The notes under the pieces: model-generated
Databases searched by the model: none
What the model was told of the DNA's origin: nothing
What the model saw: the letters and a program-made list of their open reading frames with translations, nothing else
In this document: positions 51,490 through 64,000 of the stretch, in pieces
How positions within the stretch are numbered: the stretch's first letter is position 1
Layout of the letters: each line of letters begins with the position of its first letter
NCBI RefSeq assembly: GCF_018977255.1
Contig: NW_024704742.1
Coordinates: 81,160,001 to 81,224,000, forward strand
Source of the DNA: Callorhinchus milii
Taxonomy: Eukaryota
DNA length: 64,000 bases
Direction of reading: 5' to 3'
Program-made: the position numbers and the translations under genes

Positions 51490-52700
51490 GTGAAACAATC
51501 TCATCACCCCAGGCCTTGCCAAGCTCCACTGGCTCCCTATTGCAGATTGGATTGATTTCAAGATCCTCATACTCGCGTACAAATAATATCATGCCCTAAC
51601 ATCTCTCTACCTCTTCGACCTGCTCACACGTACTCCTCTACCCCCTCCACCACTGACTGCTATGCTTTCAGCCACCATGACCCGCAGTTCTACAACTCTG
51701 CCTCAATCCCTCCATTTTACCCCTTATTTGCCCATCTTCAGATCACACCTGAAGATCTTCTTCAATTGATCCCCCCTCTCTCCAGCTCGGTATCAAGCTC
51801 CATTTCTGTTAAGTGCCCTGAGACATTATCCCACATGAAGCACACCTTATAAATGCAAGTTATTGCTGCTTTATAATCTCCAAAGTCCATCTGCACAATT
51901 GCTGTGCCCTTGATGTAGTAAGGTTTCCACATTTTCAGATTATTACCTCCTTGCACATGTTCAAGTCACTCTTGTATATGGAAGACAAGATCACTAGTGC
52001 TCCGCATGCTAGTTTGAGAAACATACATTTGCTCGTGCTCACTGTTTCTATCCATCAATCAATCCCATATTCATGACACCACTTTGCCTTTAATATCATG
52101 CAGGTTGGTTTATGCAACCACTCTATTTCCCACCATGTCAAACACCTTTTTAAAGCTCAGAATCTACTGCATGCCCCTTCAGTCATCTGCTTAATCAAAT
52201 ACTGGAGTAAAACGTACAATGTTTCTCAACAAATTCTGGGGTGCATCATCCAGTTTGTGATATGATCCCACAGAAAATTCCAGACCCCCATCACACCAGT
52301 CTTTCCAAGCTTCACTGGCTCCCAATTACCGAATGGATCGATTTCAAGATCCTCTCACTCATTTTCAAATCCCTAAATGCCTTCACACCTCCAACATCAA
52401 CTTGATTTATATCGCACCCTTCACGCATCCCAGAGCGCTTGACAGTGGCACAGTCTGACCCCAAGCCAGGGGGAGAGGGAGGGGGGAGGTGACAATCAAT
52501 CAAAAAGCACAATCAACAAGGAAGGTCTTTAGGCAGGATTTGAAAGTGGGGAGGGAGAGAGCAAGGTGGAGGGATTGAGGGAAAGAGTTCTAGAGTTTTG
52601 AGGAGTAGTGGCTGAAGGCATGGCCACCGATGGTGGAGCGGAGGGGACACGGGATGAACAGGAGGCCAGAGCCAGCCGAGCAGTCGCAGCAGGTGGGGGA
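51490..52700. mobile_element. Cluster of L2 3' fragments in both orientations
   Basis: ITPxLxxLHWLP-like and DFKIL-like remnants with L2 tails. Confidence 0.65.
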
Positions 52701-52859
52701 GGACATTGGAATAGTCCAGTGCGGAAGTGACAAAGGCGCGGATGGGGGGTTTGGGTTGCACCTCCTTGCACCTCACCTCCCTATCTATCTGATCTGCTTA
52801 TCTCCCAGTTCACCACCTGCTGACTACACTTGGCTGGCTCCAGCCTCCTGTTTGTCCCT

Positions 52860-53130
52860 CGACAATTGCACACAGCAGTGCCCCACAAACAATCGTGGAT
52901 TGATTGCCAAAATTATTATTGATTTTATTTATTTTTTGAAGGGATTTAATGAGGTCATTCACTATGAAAGCAATCCACCAATCAACTAAAAAATGGGTTC
53001 TTACTCACTGCTAGATAAGCAGAGGCCTGTAGAGTAACGAAACTTGTCCGGAGTTTTGCCCGGCCAGGAATCGAACATAGGTCCTCTCGCTTGTGAGGGG
53101 AGTATTTAATCAATGAGCTACAGGACTCCA
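52860..53130 (-). mobile_element. tRNA-derived SINE, long variant, 5' part
   Basis: Reverse head GGAGTCCTGTAGCTCATTG and core. Confidence 0.8.
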
Positions 53131-54276
53131 CATTACATAGCACCTAATCTAGTCCCATTCATTTGCTCGCTCACCAAATCTTTAATATTCCTCTTTCTCA
53201 GTCATCTAATTATTTTTCAAAAAAGATGTATGGACTTTGCTTCAACTCTTGGTTTGTGGCAGAGAGCATTACATTCCAACCTCCCCGCTGCACAAGGAAT
53301 TATTTTTCTAATCTCGTCCATTTTTTTTGATCATATTAAATTTGTGTAATCTTGATACTGATTCGCTGACCAGTAATAATTAACCCTTTGTAATCATGAG
53401 ATCAGTTCAGGTCACTCCTTAATCGCAATGGATTGTATGGAATTACATAGAATTCCATACAATCCATTGGGATTAAGGAGTGACCTGATCAGGAAACAGG
53501 CTGTTTGGCCCAACATTCCTTCTGTTGTTTATACACCACACAACCCTGTATCCCTCCAATTCCTCTCTCCTATACCTCTCTATTCCCTTCTCCCTCATAT
53601 ATGCATTAAGTTTCCTCTTAAATATGTTGCAATGTTCCAGTGTTTCAATACTGTTCCAATCTTGTTTCTGTGCTACTTGGAAGCACAAACATCAAAGTAT
53701 TCTCTCCTCCCCCGTGCAGTGCTAAAACAGGAGGATGCAATTGTGCAACAGTCAGATTCAAACAAATGGGGAAAATTAAATTTAGACAATGTTATTCAGT
53801 TTGCGGAAAATGTTTAGGCACATCAAACATGAACTCTACTTATTAAATTCACAGCAGTGTGAGCAATTACAATGCTCTTTTGTTTTCTTATTACTTTCAT
53901 CTTTGATGTAGAAATGACCAGGAGATTGGTTTCATCTGTGTAAGAATATTGGCAAAGGTTTTTGGTAGAGTTCAGGCACACCAGATTAGGTAATTCACAG
54001 GATCTGGATATAATTGACATTGGAGAAAGCTATGTTATTGTTAGTGCATGGCATCAACACAATACCAATAACACTATTTGCTCCCTCTATGGCCTGGGCA
54101 TAAGGCACTACACAGTAAGACATACAAACTGAAGGTGATGGGGCACATTTGGACCTGTGTTGGATTGCATAATTTCAATTGGAGCAGCATTTGTGAAGTT
54201 TAAAGAATTACTTTGTATTTCACTAGGTCTGTGTAGATGGCCAGTATGTGGCAGTAGTGGTGGGACCTGATTTTCA

Positions 54277-54712
54277 ACAACAACTTGCATTTATATAGCA
54301 CCCTTCATGTGGGGCAGCATCCCGGAGAGCTTGACAATGATGGAGTCTGACCCTGAGCCGGGGGAGAGGGAGAGGATAGGTGACCGAAAGCACGATCAAA
54401 AAGGATGGTCTTTAGGCGGGATTTGAAAGTGGGGAGGAGGGGGACAAGGCAGAGGGATTGTGGGAGGGAGTTCCAGAACTTTGGGGTGTAGTGGCTGAAA
54501 GCACGGCCTCCGATGGTGGAGTGGTGAGGGCGAGGGAGGAACTCATTCATTCTTCCTGCTTCCCCATCTTCAGGTAGCGCCTGAAGATCTTCCTCTTTGA
54601 CCAAGTGTTACTACACTTCGAATTGCCCCTCTCTCTGGCTCAACATTGTGCTCTGCCACTGTCAAGTGCTCTGCAACACAACCCTGCATGAAGGGCACTA
54701 TATAAATGCAAG
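54277..54712. mobile_element. Two L2 3' ends joined back-to-back (- then +)
   Basis: CTTGCATTTATATAG.RCCCTTCATG present at both ends in inverted orientation. Confidence 0.7.
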
Positions 54713-54714
54713 AT

Positions 54715-55030
54715 GGAGTCCTGTAGCTCAGCGGTTAGAGCACTCGCTTTGCAAGCGAGAGACCTGAGTTTAATTCCAGGCAGGGCGAATCCTTGGGCAA
54801 GTTTCCTTACTCCACACGCCTAATAATAATCCCTCCAAAACCAAAAATAATAATAAATTGGTCATTTTCAATCTACAACTGTTTGTGGGACATTGCTGTG
54901 CGCAATTGGCTGCCGCGTTCGCCCACAAATATACAGTCAATTCACTTTACAGTGTGTTCTGTGAAGCGCTTTGGGACGTCCTCCCGACGTGAAAAGTGCT
55001 ATATCAAATGCAAGGATTATTATTATTATT
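54715..55030 (+). mobile_element. Young tRNA(Ala)-derived SINE, full length
   Basis: Near-identical to 13578-13897 and 57486-57802. Confidence 0.93.
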
Positions 55031-55234
55031 GTTGTGTTGTTTTGTTTGTTGGGAGGGTAAGAATCCACATTCCCCCAGGGCAAAACATTCCCCACTAATA
55101 GGCTGCTGAGTTTTGCCCACAAATATTCAGTCAAAACACTTTGCAGTACATTCCGTGAAGTGCTTTGAGATATCTGAAAGACGTGAAAAACGCTATATCA
55201 AATGCAAGGATTATTATTGTTATTATTTACAAAA

Positions 55235-56570
55235 GATTCTTAACAAAAATGGAAGCCCATGGAGTTGGAGGTAACCTTGTGACGTGGCTTGGTAATTGGT
55301 TGGGAGGCAGGAAACAGAGGTAAGGATAAAGGGAATGTTCTCTGCTTGGCGGGACATGACAAATGGTGTACACCAGGAGTCTGTACTGAGACCCCAGTTG
55401 TTTGCCATATATATAAATGACTCGGATGAAAGACTAGAAAGTTTTACATCCAAGTTTGTAGATGATACTAAACTGGAAGGCTCAGAAAGTTGTGTAGACG
55501 GGAGTAGGAAGTTACAAAGGGACTTAGACAGAATAAGTGAGTGGGCAAAACTGTGGCAGATGGAGTTCAATGTAGGGAAGTGTGAGGTCATCCACTATGA
55601 AACAAAAAAGGATGAAGCAGAATATTTTCTTAATGGGGAGAAATAAAGAGCTGTGGAGGAGCAAAGAGATTTGGGTGTCCATATCCACAAATCACTAAAA
55701 ACTAGTTCCCGGGTGCAAAAGGTAATCAAAAAGGTGAATGGAATGTTGGTCTTTATCTCAAAAGACCTGGAATACAAAAGGGAAGTATTGATGCTTCAGC
55801 CATAGAGAGCGTTGGTCAGACCCCATCTGGAGACTGTGTTCAGTTTTGGGCACCACACCTCAGGAAAGATATATGGGCCCTGGAGGGGATACAGTGCAGG
55901 TTCACCAGAATGTTACCAGGCCTTAAAGGGTTAAGTTACGAGGAAAGGCTGCGTAAACTTGGATTGTATTCCCTTGAGTTTAGAAGGTTGAGGGGTGATT
56001 TGATTGAGGTATATAAGATGATGAAGGGATTTGATAGGGTAGATAGAGTGAAGTATTTCCTGTGGTGGTTGAATCCAAAACAAGGGGCATAGTCTTAAAA
56101 TTAGAACCAGGCTATTTAAGAGTGAAATCAGGAAGCATTTTTCACTCAAAGAGTGGTAGAAATCTGGAATTCTCTTCCCGACCAAAAAGGTGTGGATGCT
56201 AGATCCATCCACACCTTCAAGAGTGAGGTTGATAGATTTTAGGTAGGTCAGGGTATTATGGAGAGAAAGCGGGAAATTGGAATTGAAAGGATTGGTTGAG
56301 GTACAGATCAGCCGTGTTCTAATTAAATGGCGGAACAGGCTTGAAGGACTGAACAACAACAACAACAAGATTTCATTTATAGAGCGCCTTTCACGTCGGG
56401 AGGACGTCCCAAGGCGCTGGACAGTTGGGTCAGGACCCGAGCAGGGGGGAAATGGTCAGGGTGAGGGGAGGGGAGGGAAGGGAGGGAGCGAGGAGGGGGT
56501 AGAGAGTCGAGAGGGGAGCTGAAGGCACGGTCAAAGAGAACGGACTCCTCCTATTCTTATGTTCCTATGG
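55235..56570 (+). mobile_element. CR1 LINE 3' part (RT region to 3' tail), interrupted near its end by an L2 3' piece
   Basis: SKFVDDTKL, WQMEFNVGKCEVIH, LGLYSLEFRRLRGDLIEVYKMM; tail CTCCTATTCTTATGTTCCTATG. Confidence 0.92.
56352..56540 (-). mobile_element. Young L2 3'-end insertion of about 185 bp
   Basis: Near-identical to 19912-20095. Confidence 0.9.
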
Positions 56571-57485
56571 CTGACTCACCACTCCTGATAACTCCCCCCA
56601 GAGTACTTTGCCCTGGGAGTAACAAGTTATCAGCAATTTATTGTAATTAATACATCACTTAAAAGCTAAAATATTATATATGCCGCATAGAGTGTAAAGG
56701 GTTAACTAAAAGATAAAAGGAAACAAAATACAAGGAGTTGCCAGTAATTTCAAATATAATTTCATCCGTAGTTCTCTTTGAAACACAGACTTTCTTTGTC
56801 ACAGGCTGCTTTACTTTTCCTCTCTTTTCTCTCTCTTTCTCTCTCTGCTGTGGCTTGCTGTGGGTTTATCCTTTGTTCCCCCTTACGGTTAACCACTCTT
56901 TTCAGGCAGGTTTCACATCTCACAATACTCGAGTAAGGGAGACACAGCCAACTTTGACACCAGATGTACTGTTTCAGTAAACACTGTGCACTGAATAGTT
57001 TGTTCACACCTTGCCATGAATGAGACCTCAGAGAGCACCCAAAACAATGATGGGATCAAAAGCCTACTAACCTTTATTCATTCAATCATGGATATCAGAC
57101 TGATTCAATTGGTAGCACTCTCGTCTCTAAACCAGAAGGTCAATCCCTTTAGTCTAATGCAGTGCTAGGTTGTGCTGCATTGTTGAGGAGCCGTCATTTG
57201 AATAAAATGTTAGACCTTTGGAATCACACACTAGCGAGAGTTACTGTCTTCAAAGGAGGATACAAGTTAAAAAAAATAAGCAGTGAGCGAAGTGACAAGG
57301 AAAGTACGAGAGAGTGTATTATTGATAAATGAAGTGTGGTTGGAGCTCAATTCAATGTTGGGTTTGTAACTATGGAGTCCACTTCCCCAAACATTTCTGA
57401 TCTGACAACAGGATCTACAGCAGCATTTCTCAACTGTGGTCATATGAGGCTTTGTGGTTTTGGTGGAGGGGTTGTTTGTGTGTGT

Positions 57486-57802
57486 GGAGTCCTGTAGCTC
57501 AGTGGTTAGAGCACTCGCATTTGCAAGCGAGAGACCTGAGTTCAATTCCAGGCAGGGCGAAACCTTGGGCAAGTTTCCTTACTCCACACGCCTAATAATA
57601 ATCCCTCCAAAACCAGAAACAATAATAAATTGGTCATTTTCGATCTACAACTGTGGGACATTGCTGTGCGCAATTGGCTGCCGCGTTCGCCCACAAATAT
57701 ACAGTCAATTCACTTTACAGTGTGTTCTGTGAAGTGCTTTGGGACGTCCTGCCGACGTGAAAAGCGCTATATCAAATGCAAGGATTATTATTATATTATT
57801 AT
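57486..57802 (+). mobile_element. Young tRNA(Ala)-derived SINE, full length
   Basis: Near-identical to the other young copies. Confidence 0.93.
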
Positions 57803-57804
57803 TT

Positions 57805-58020
57805 GTAGTTCGAACACGTGTTGAGCCATTGCGGTGGACTGGAACTGTAAGGACTCCACAATGCGAGCATACCTGACCAGGACTACAGCTCCCAGGGCAG
57901 GTGGCTGATCAGTCATGTTTGTGCTCTCTCCTTCTCCGTCTTTCCCTGCGCTCCGCCTGACTCGAGAAGTAGGGAAGTAATGCAAATTACCAAGAAATCA
58001 TACTGCGGTCACCAATAAGT
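57805..58020. promoter_or_regulatory. Candidate regulatory element with a ZNF143/Staf-type motif and an E-box
   Basis: ACTACAGCTCCCA (57882-57894) fits ACTAYRNNNCCCR; palindromic AACACGTGTT (57813-57822); locally more CpG. Confidence 0.35.
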
Positions 58021-59899
58021 GTTTTGTTTGAGAACTATAGTACTGATCTGGAGGAGGAGCTAAACCAAGGAGATAAGGAGGGAGGAAGAAAATCCAAGGT
58101 AAATCAATCCAGGCTCCTCAGACTCATATTTTACATAGAATTACATAAGATCTACAGCACGAAAACAACCCAACTAGTCTGTGTCAGTGTTTATACTTCA
58201 CATGAATCTCCACCCCTCCGAATCTCCTCTCTCTAGTCTTGCTCCTCACCTCTCTAGTCCATTCTCCCTCATATGCATATGATAAGAAGAAGGCAACATA
58301 TCTGACAAAATCAGCTAGTTTTGTGATACCAATGAAACACAGTGCCACAGCGCCCTATATCAGCACACTAGGGATGATTACTTTAAATCCAGCAGCACAA
58401 TTCTATTTGTAAAGCCCCAGCAGCACTAACCTCAATCTCAGAGATAAAATCCTCCATTTGCAGTACCTGAGAAGTTCATAGTCCTGTGTCAAACAATTCC
58501 ATTGCTATTGTGCCAGGAAATGGTTCAGGTATTAATTATGAAAGAAAAGAAGTATGCTGAACTTTTCACTGAGACAACCTAACTTTAAATTGTTCTCTAT
58601 AATGTACTTGACAGTGTTTCTCTGTGTAAATTGGGCATTGGCCTCAATCCCAATCTCAGTCTAAGAATAATAATCATTGCAATTGATACAATGTCAAAAC
58701 ATCGCAAAGAGCTTTATGGGGAACTACGTTCAAGTAAAATTCTGTGAAAAACTTTGAGCCCTCTCCTCTCGATGATGTGATCAGCGCCATATCAAATGTA
58801 AGCATGATGATGATTAGTTTTATTTATTAAATAAAGAGTCCAGTTTGTGTGCAACGAGATCCCACACAACAACCATGAAGTGAATGATCAATTAGGAGAA
58901 CTGTTAGCCAGTCCACTGTGAAAAACTCCCTATATCACTTTTATTATCATCATTTGATGCACCCATTTTACATACAGTCAGAATGAGCAAAGGAAGCAAG
59001 TGAAGCCAAAATGGGTTAGGAGATGTGGTGTTTGTCGAAGGGAGAACGTTCTTTACGAGGTGAAGAATGATAGGGTTATAATTGTTAAAGGGAAAAGGCG
59101 GACATGGGATTGGTGATGGGACAGGAGAGATTGTACCCCTATGTACATTCTTGAGGGCACCAGAGGAAGAGTTACCCATTTGGTAGATGGATCTATTACA
59201 AGGGGACAGAGCCTTGATGTCAGAGTCAAAGTAATTAGAACTGAGATCAGGAAGCTTTTCTTCACATGGAGCTCCTGTCTCAGAATCTGAAGAAGTTGAG
59301 TCAATAAGGATATCTTAAAGATAAACAAAGACTTGCAGAGTAGTGGTATTACAGAGATACAACAAAAGGGCTTGACATTGGGATTAAAAATCTGCCCAGC
59401 TTTAATAATTTTTTGGAAAAGGGCAAATTTTTGAAAATGGTCTCTTTCTGCTCCTGATGCATACACTAAAATGCTTTGCACTGCAATCGAAACAACAGGT
59501 TGAAAAGGACTACATGCAATACCATGATTATTACACTGACAGTAAGTGTGGCAATCCCTTTCCCTTTGGGGCAAATTGAAAATAAATTTTCCACTTGCTC
59601 AGTGTCAGCACAATGGTTTGGTATAAAGCCAGTTGTGTTTTTCGCTGGCTGATCGCACTGCCTGCGATTAGAGTTTATCAGTACTGCAGCTCAGTTAGAA
59701 TTGGGCTGCTATTCCATGCTGCGTTAGCAGATATCACCTGAGGCTGCAATTGCTTCAATTCTCTGAACTAGGGAGATGGAGAAAAAGCTGACCAGTTTTC
59801 CCTGCTCTTAATCCCCAAAGAGTGACGTCTCTTCAAATCTGAATTTTTCAACATGGTTGGAGACTATTCAACTGAATATGTCTATACTTGATCTCTGTA

Positions 59900-60530
59900 A
59901 GAACTATCTATTTGATCCCAGTCCCCTGCATTTTCCCTCATTTAAATAGCATATTAAAATTTTCCTTATTAAAAGCTACTATGGATTCTGCTTTATTGTT
60001 GGGGCATTCCATGTGCTATTAACCCTCTGAGTAAAACAAATTCTCCTGATCTTAAATTGATGGTCTTGTTCCTGACTCATTAACCAGTGGAAGTAGTTTC
60101 TTCCTATCTATCTCGTCAAAAGACCCTCATAATTTTGATCGCCTCTATCTAGTCTCCCTTCAACATTCTCTCTTCTAGTGAAAAGAGCCCCAGTTTCTCT
60201 AGTCTCTCCTCCCAAGTAAAGTATCCCTTCACTATTATTTTAGTGAATCTCCTCTGTATCCTCTCTGGACATAGACACAATTCTATGACTGCAGCCTAAC
60301 CAATTGACTTCTACAAGTTCAGTATTGCCCGTTTGCTTTTAAATGTAATGCCCTATTTTCTAAAATCTAATCCCCCATTAGCTTTTATCATAGCTTCATC
60401 GTCTTACTCTCCCAAGTTTAATGATTCATGTTTAATAACCCCTTCATTTCTCTGCTCTCCTTTTTAAAAAAAAACATTTAATGTATGTTTTCCTCATTCT
60501 TTCACCCAAATTGTATTGGCTTGCATTTTT
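59900..60530 (-). mobile_element. Old CR1 LINE fragment
   Basis: Minus-strand RLEKLGLFSLEEMLKGD-like peptide. Confidence 0.65.
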
Positions 60531-61463
60531 CTACATTATAATAGATGTGTGGTGAGGTCATCTGGAGGCAGAATGAAGCTTGGCAGTGATGCTGAACAAC
60601 TTGCCAACATTGGCTATCACTTACAGAAGGGTTTGTTAAGTGAGGTGTAGGACTACTGGCAGGAGAATTCCCAGACCCTGTAAACCCCCACCCCGAGTAA
60701 TATTACATGGCCTTTCATTCACTGCAGACTGTGACAATCTTTATTCCTCAGATACCCATTTGGTTCCAGTTCAAAATCTTGACATTCCGGCTCTGACTCC
60801 CACTCCTGTTCCGATCCCAGCTACAACTATAAAATAATATGCAACCAGATCTCTCTAAACTCCTGTGTTTGCCCTTGGCTGCCAGCAGATGTGATCCCAG
60901 GAAGACTGAGGCGCTATAGAAATGTAATCTTGTTGTTCATGTTGTTCAGAGAAAAAAGGGTAAGGGGATAAAACAAGGAGTAAAAGATTAATGACTGTAA
61001 TATCATTCAACCCAAAAAATTTGCTAATTGGATTCAGTATAATCAAGCAATTATTGCCACTTGTGTTTAATAACACATTGTGACTGAAACAGTGAATAAA
61101 GTTCAGATCATTTAATTTTACTTAATGGAGTATTTGGATCCAACTTACAGTATTTCTCAATGGGATTCCTTCATAATGAATCTCGAGTCAAGGAAACAGA
61201 ACTCCATCTCGTAACTGGAAAGATGTCACTCCGAATAGCGGAACTCCGCTCAGACACAATGTGGTTCAGAGCGGGATTCCACAGGTCAATAGAAATTAGA
61301 CCTCTTGACCAGCAACCAGAAGTTGATACATTCTTAGACGAGAAGAGGGAAAAATTTGAGGGAAAATGTTGCGGGTGATATAACTCCTCCTAATCAAACG
61401 ACCCGACTTGTGCTACCTATAGACATGTATTGTAGTTTGTAAGTTATAATTGTTGCATTTTAG

Positions 61464-61549
61464 GAGCAGAGGTCAAGACTGTTTCTCCGTTAAGTGAGCT
61501 GGCTCGATCGCTTGTGGGTGACATCGCTGGAGTGGAGAGGAGCACACTG
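61464..61549 (+). CDS. PALM2AKAP2: Candidate PALM2-AKAP2 read-through linker exon: (G)AEVKTVSPLSELARSLVGDIAGVERSTL
   Basis: ttgttgcattttag acceptor, CTG/gtaagt donor, 86 nt, stop-free in phase 1 to 0, not repeat-derived. Confidence 0.65.
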
Positions 61550-61849
61550 GTAAGTCACATCTTGCCTCACACAATCCCACCTGTCTTTACAGTCAACACC
61601 AAGGCAATACATGTACCAGTTGGTGATCATCTGCCATCATCTGTGACACTTCCTTTCAGTGTCTGCAGGACCTGACAGGAGTGGCAGAGGAGCAAGGAGC
61701 TGCTCTGATACAGGTTGGATATTTCCTCAGGAGGGGAGGGGTGAGGAGCCAAAATGCTTGACAATCTATTTTCTTATCCAGAGACAATGAGGGGAACTTT
61801 CGTGATTCACTAACCTTGGTGGAGTGCCTTTAGAATTCAGAAATTCTGG

Positions 61850-62110
61850 CAAAGTAACCAGAGGGAAGATAAGGAGATGTTTTTACACACACAGAGAGCT
61901 GTTACGATCCAAAATGCACTGCCGGCGAGGGTGGTGGAAAACATTCAACAATAACATTCAAAAGGGAATTGAATATGTATTTGAAAGAAAAAAATTGCAA
62001 GGCTATGGGGAAAGAGCGGGACTAGTTGGCTAGCTCTTTCAAAGAGCCAGCACAGGCATGATGGGTCGAATGGCCTCCTTCTGTTCAGTAGGACTCAATG
62101 ATTCTATGAA
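61850..62110 (+). mobile_element. CR1 3' end
   Basis: Tail GCTCTTTCAAAGAGCCAGCACAGGCATGATGGGTCGAATGGCCTCCTTCTG as at 11340-11425. Confidence 0.75.
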
Positions 62111-62620
62111 CTGTCCATCTCACAAAGGTTGGCAGGTTTAATGAACAGCAGAAAATTGCACCCAGTATCTGTTGCTTTTACCATCAGCCTGGACTGAAAG
62201 TTAATTCAGCGCCTTGAGGACGTCCTCCCGATGTGAAAAGCGCTTTACAAATATAATTTTGTTGTTGTTGTTAATTGAGTTACTCTCTTAACCATTAAAT
62301 TGATTTCATACTGCATACTTGGTGATCAACTGTCATGGTTATGGCACCAGAGATCTGAAATCCCTCCTCATCTTAGCCTGTAGGACCATTTTGCCTTAAA
62401 ATTTAAGATTGTGGAAAATTCTTCAACTCAGTCTTGAGTTGGTAGCTTTTTTCCCGCAGTACTTAAAAAAGAACCAACTTCCTTATTTTATTTGTTTTCC
62501 TGCTATGTGACAGCAATCCCACACCACGTTGCAGCTCATTCCCACCTCCTTTGTGACAAAGGATTGATATTCTCTGCTTAAAGTTTAAATAATAGTTTAC
62601 TTAGCGAGTCTACACTTTGC

Positions 62621-63838
62621 AAAAGGTGAAGAACTGCAGATGCTGAAAATCTGGTATAAACACAGAAGTCGCTGGGAATACGCAACAGGTCAGGCAGCAT
62701 TTATTTCTCCACAAATGGTTTTTCCTCCGTGTCCCTCAAGGCTCTGTCCTCGGTCCCCTCCTCTTCACCCTCTATATACTCTCCCTTGGTGACATCATCT
62801 GCAGACATGGGGTTAACTTCCACATGTATGCGGATGACACCCAACTCTACCTTTCCTCCTCTACCCTCAACTCCACGACCACCGATGTCCTGACACCTGC
62901 CTGTCTTCAGCTCAACGTGCGTAAACTGAGGCCCTCCTGATTGGCTCACGTCAGCGCCTCCGCACCTCTGGCGCTGACAGCATCAGCATCCAAGGCTGCA
63001 CTCTCCACCTCTCAAAGCCATCAGGAACCTCGGGGTTCTGTTCGACCCTGAGCTGTCCTTTCTCCCTCACATCCGCACCACAACTGGCACCGCCTTCCAT
63101 CACCTCCGGAATGTCGCCAGACTACGGGACTACCTCACCCCTCACGCTGCTGAAACACTGGTCCACGCCTTTATCACCTCAAGGCTGGACTATGGGAACT
63201 CTCTCCTCGCCGGCCTTCCCGGCACCTCCCTCCACAAGCTGCAGGTCATTCAGAACTCTGCAGCTCGTGTACTGTCCCGCACCAGGCTTCGGGACCACAT
63301 CACTCCCACCCTCGCTCGCCTCCACTGGCTCCCCATCCCCCAGAGGATCGAATTCAAGATCCTCACCCTCACCTACAAGGCCATTCACGGCCTTGCTCCC
63401 TCCTACCTCTCCGACCTACTATTCCCCTACCTACCTGCCCGTACCCTCCTTCTCTGGCTCCAGTCTGCTCCACATCCCCCGCCCCAACCGCCCTACCATC
63501 GGTGCCGGCCTTCAGCCTCTCAGCCCCTAGGCTCTGGAACTCTATTCCCCAGTGCCTTCGCCGCCTCCTCCCTTTCCTCCTTCAAGGCCGGTCTCAAGAC
63601 CTTTCTCTTTGACCGTGCCTTCAGCTCCCCTCTCGACTCTCTACCCCCTCCTCGCTCCCTCCCTTCCCTCCCCTCACCTTGACCATTTCCCCCCTGCTCG
63701 GGTCCTGACCCAACTGTACAGCGCCTTGGGACGTCCTCCCGACGTGAAAGGCGCTCAATAAATGGAATCTTGTTGTTGTTGTTGTTCATGGAGAGAGGAA
63801 AATGAGTTAACGTTTCAGTTCTATGACCTATCATAGAA
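62621..63838. mobile_element. Penelope-like terminal fragment split by an L2 insertion
   Basis: 62621-62702 and 63787-63838 join to reconstruct the sequence seen intact at 19553-19684. Confidence 0.65.
62703..63786 (+). mobile_element. L2 LINE, 5'-truncated, about 1.1 kb, internally deleted
   Basis: [12 protein letters not shown] and [10 protein letters not shown] motifs, LHWLPIPQRIEFKIL, intact 3' stem-loop and (TTG)n. Confidence 0.93.
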
Positions 63839-64000
63839 AAGTTTTTTTAAAACAACTAAATTTTGCAGTTGTTTTAAAAAATACACTTACTATGCAATCA
63901 GCGTCATAAATTTTTCCAGCTCTTTCGTTATACACCATAAGCAGAAAAATTTTCTTGATGAATTATATTGAAACAAATAGTAATCAGTGTATTAGGGAAC

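Noticed and set aside
54793..55098. Recurrent ORFs MGKFPYSTRLIIIPPK / WDIAVRNWLPRSPTN (also 13507-13819 and 57454-57824)
   Set aside because: Incidental translations of the same SINE; no coding evidence
61669..61713. Second possible small exon (ctgcag/GACCTG...ACAG/gttgga)
   Set aside because: Weak donor, no recognisable homology and not needed for frame
61550..64000. AKAP2 main coding exon
   Set aside because: No long ORF or AKAP2-like peptide in the window

Overview
Vertebrate genomic DNA from a cartilaginous fish, probably a holocephalan such as elephant shark; this is inferred from the tRNA/Deu-type SINEs, L2 and CR1 LINEs and shark-type Penelope fragments. The + strand carries the 3' half of paralemmin-2 (PALM2). 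Its coding exons are 14624-14738 (115 nt), 23876-23897 (22-nt micro-exon), 30461-30562 (102-nt frame-preserving cassette) and 36587-37353 (terminal exon ending in the basic/CaaX tail KKKRCKCCTIM), followed by a probable long 3' UTR. The 5' PALM2 exons were not found and probably lie upstream of the window. The most notable observation is an 86-nt phase 1-to-0 candidate exon at 61464-61549, absent from the ORF track. It matches the size and phase I recall for the linker exon of the mammalian PALM2-AKAP2 read-through transcript. The rest is intronic or intergenic and dense in retroelements: a SINE/L2 pair sharing a 3' stem-loop, nested and inverted SINE structures, one L2 with a long open RT frame, and Penelope-like ends with decayed hammerhead cores. 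Repeat boundaries were read by eye and are approximate. I see no CRISPR array, rRNA or true tRNA gene, and no evidence of a wholly new gene system.
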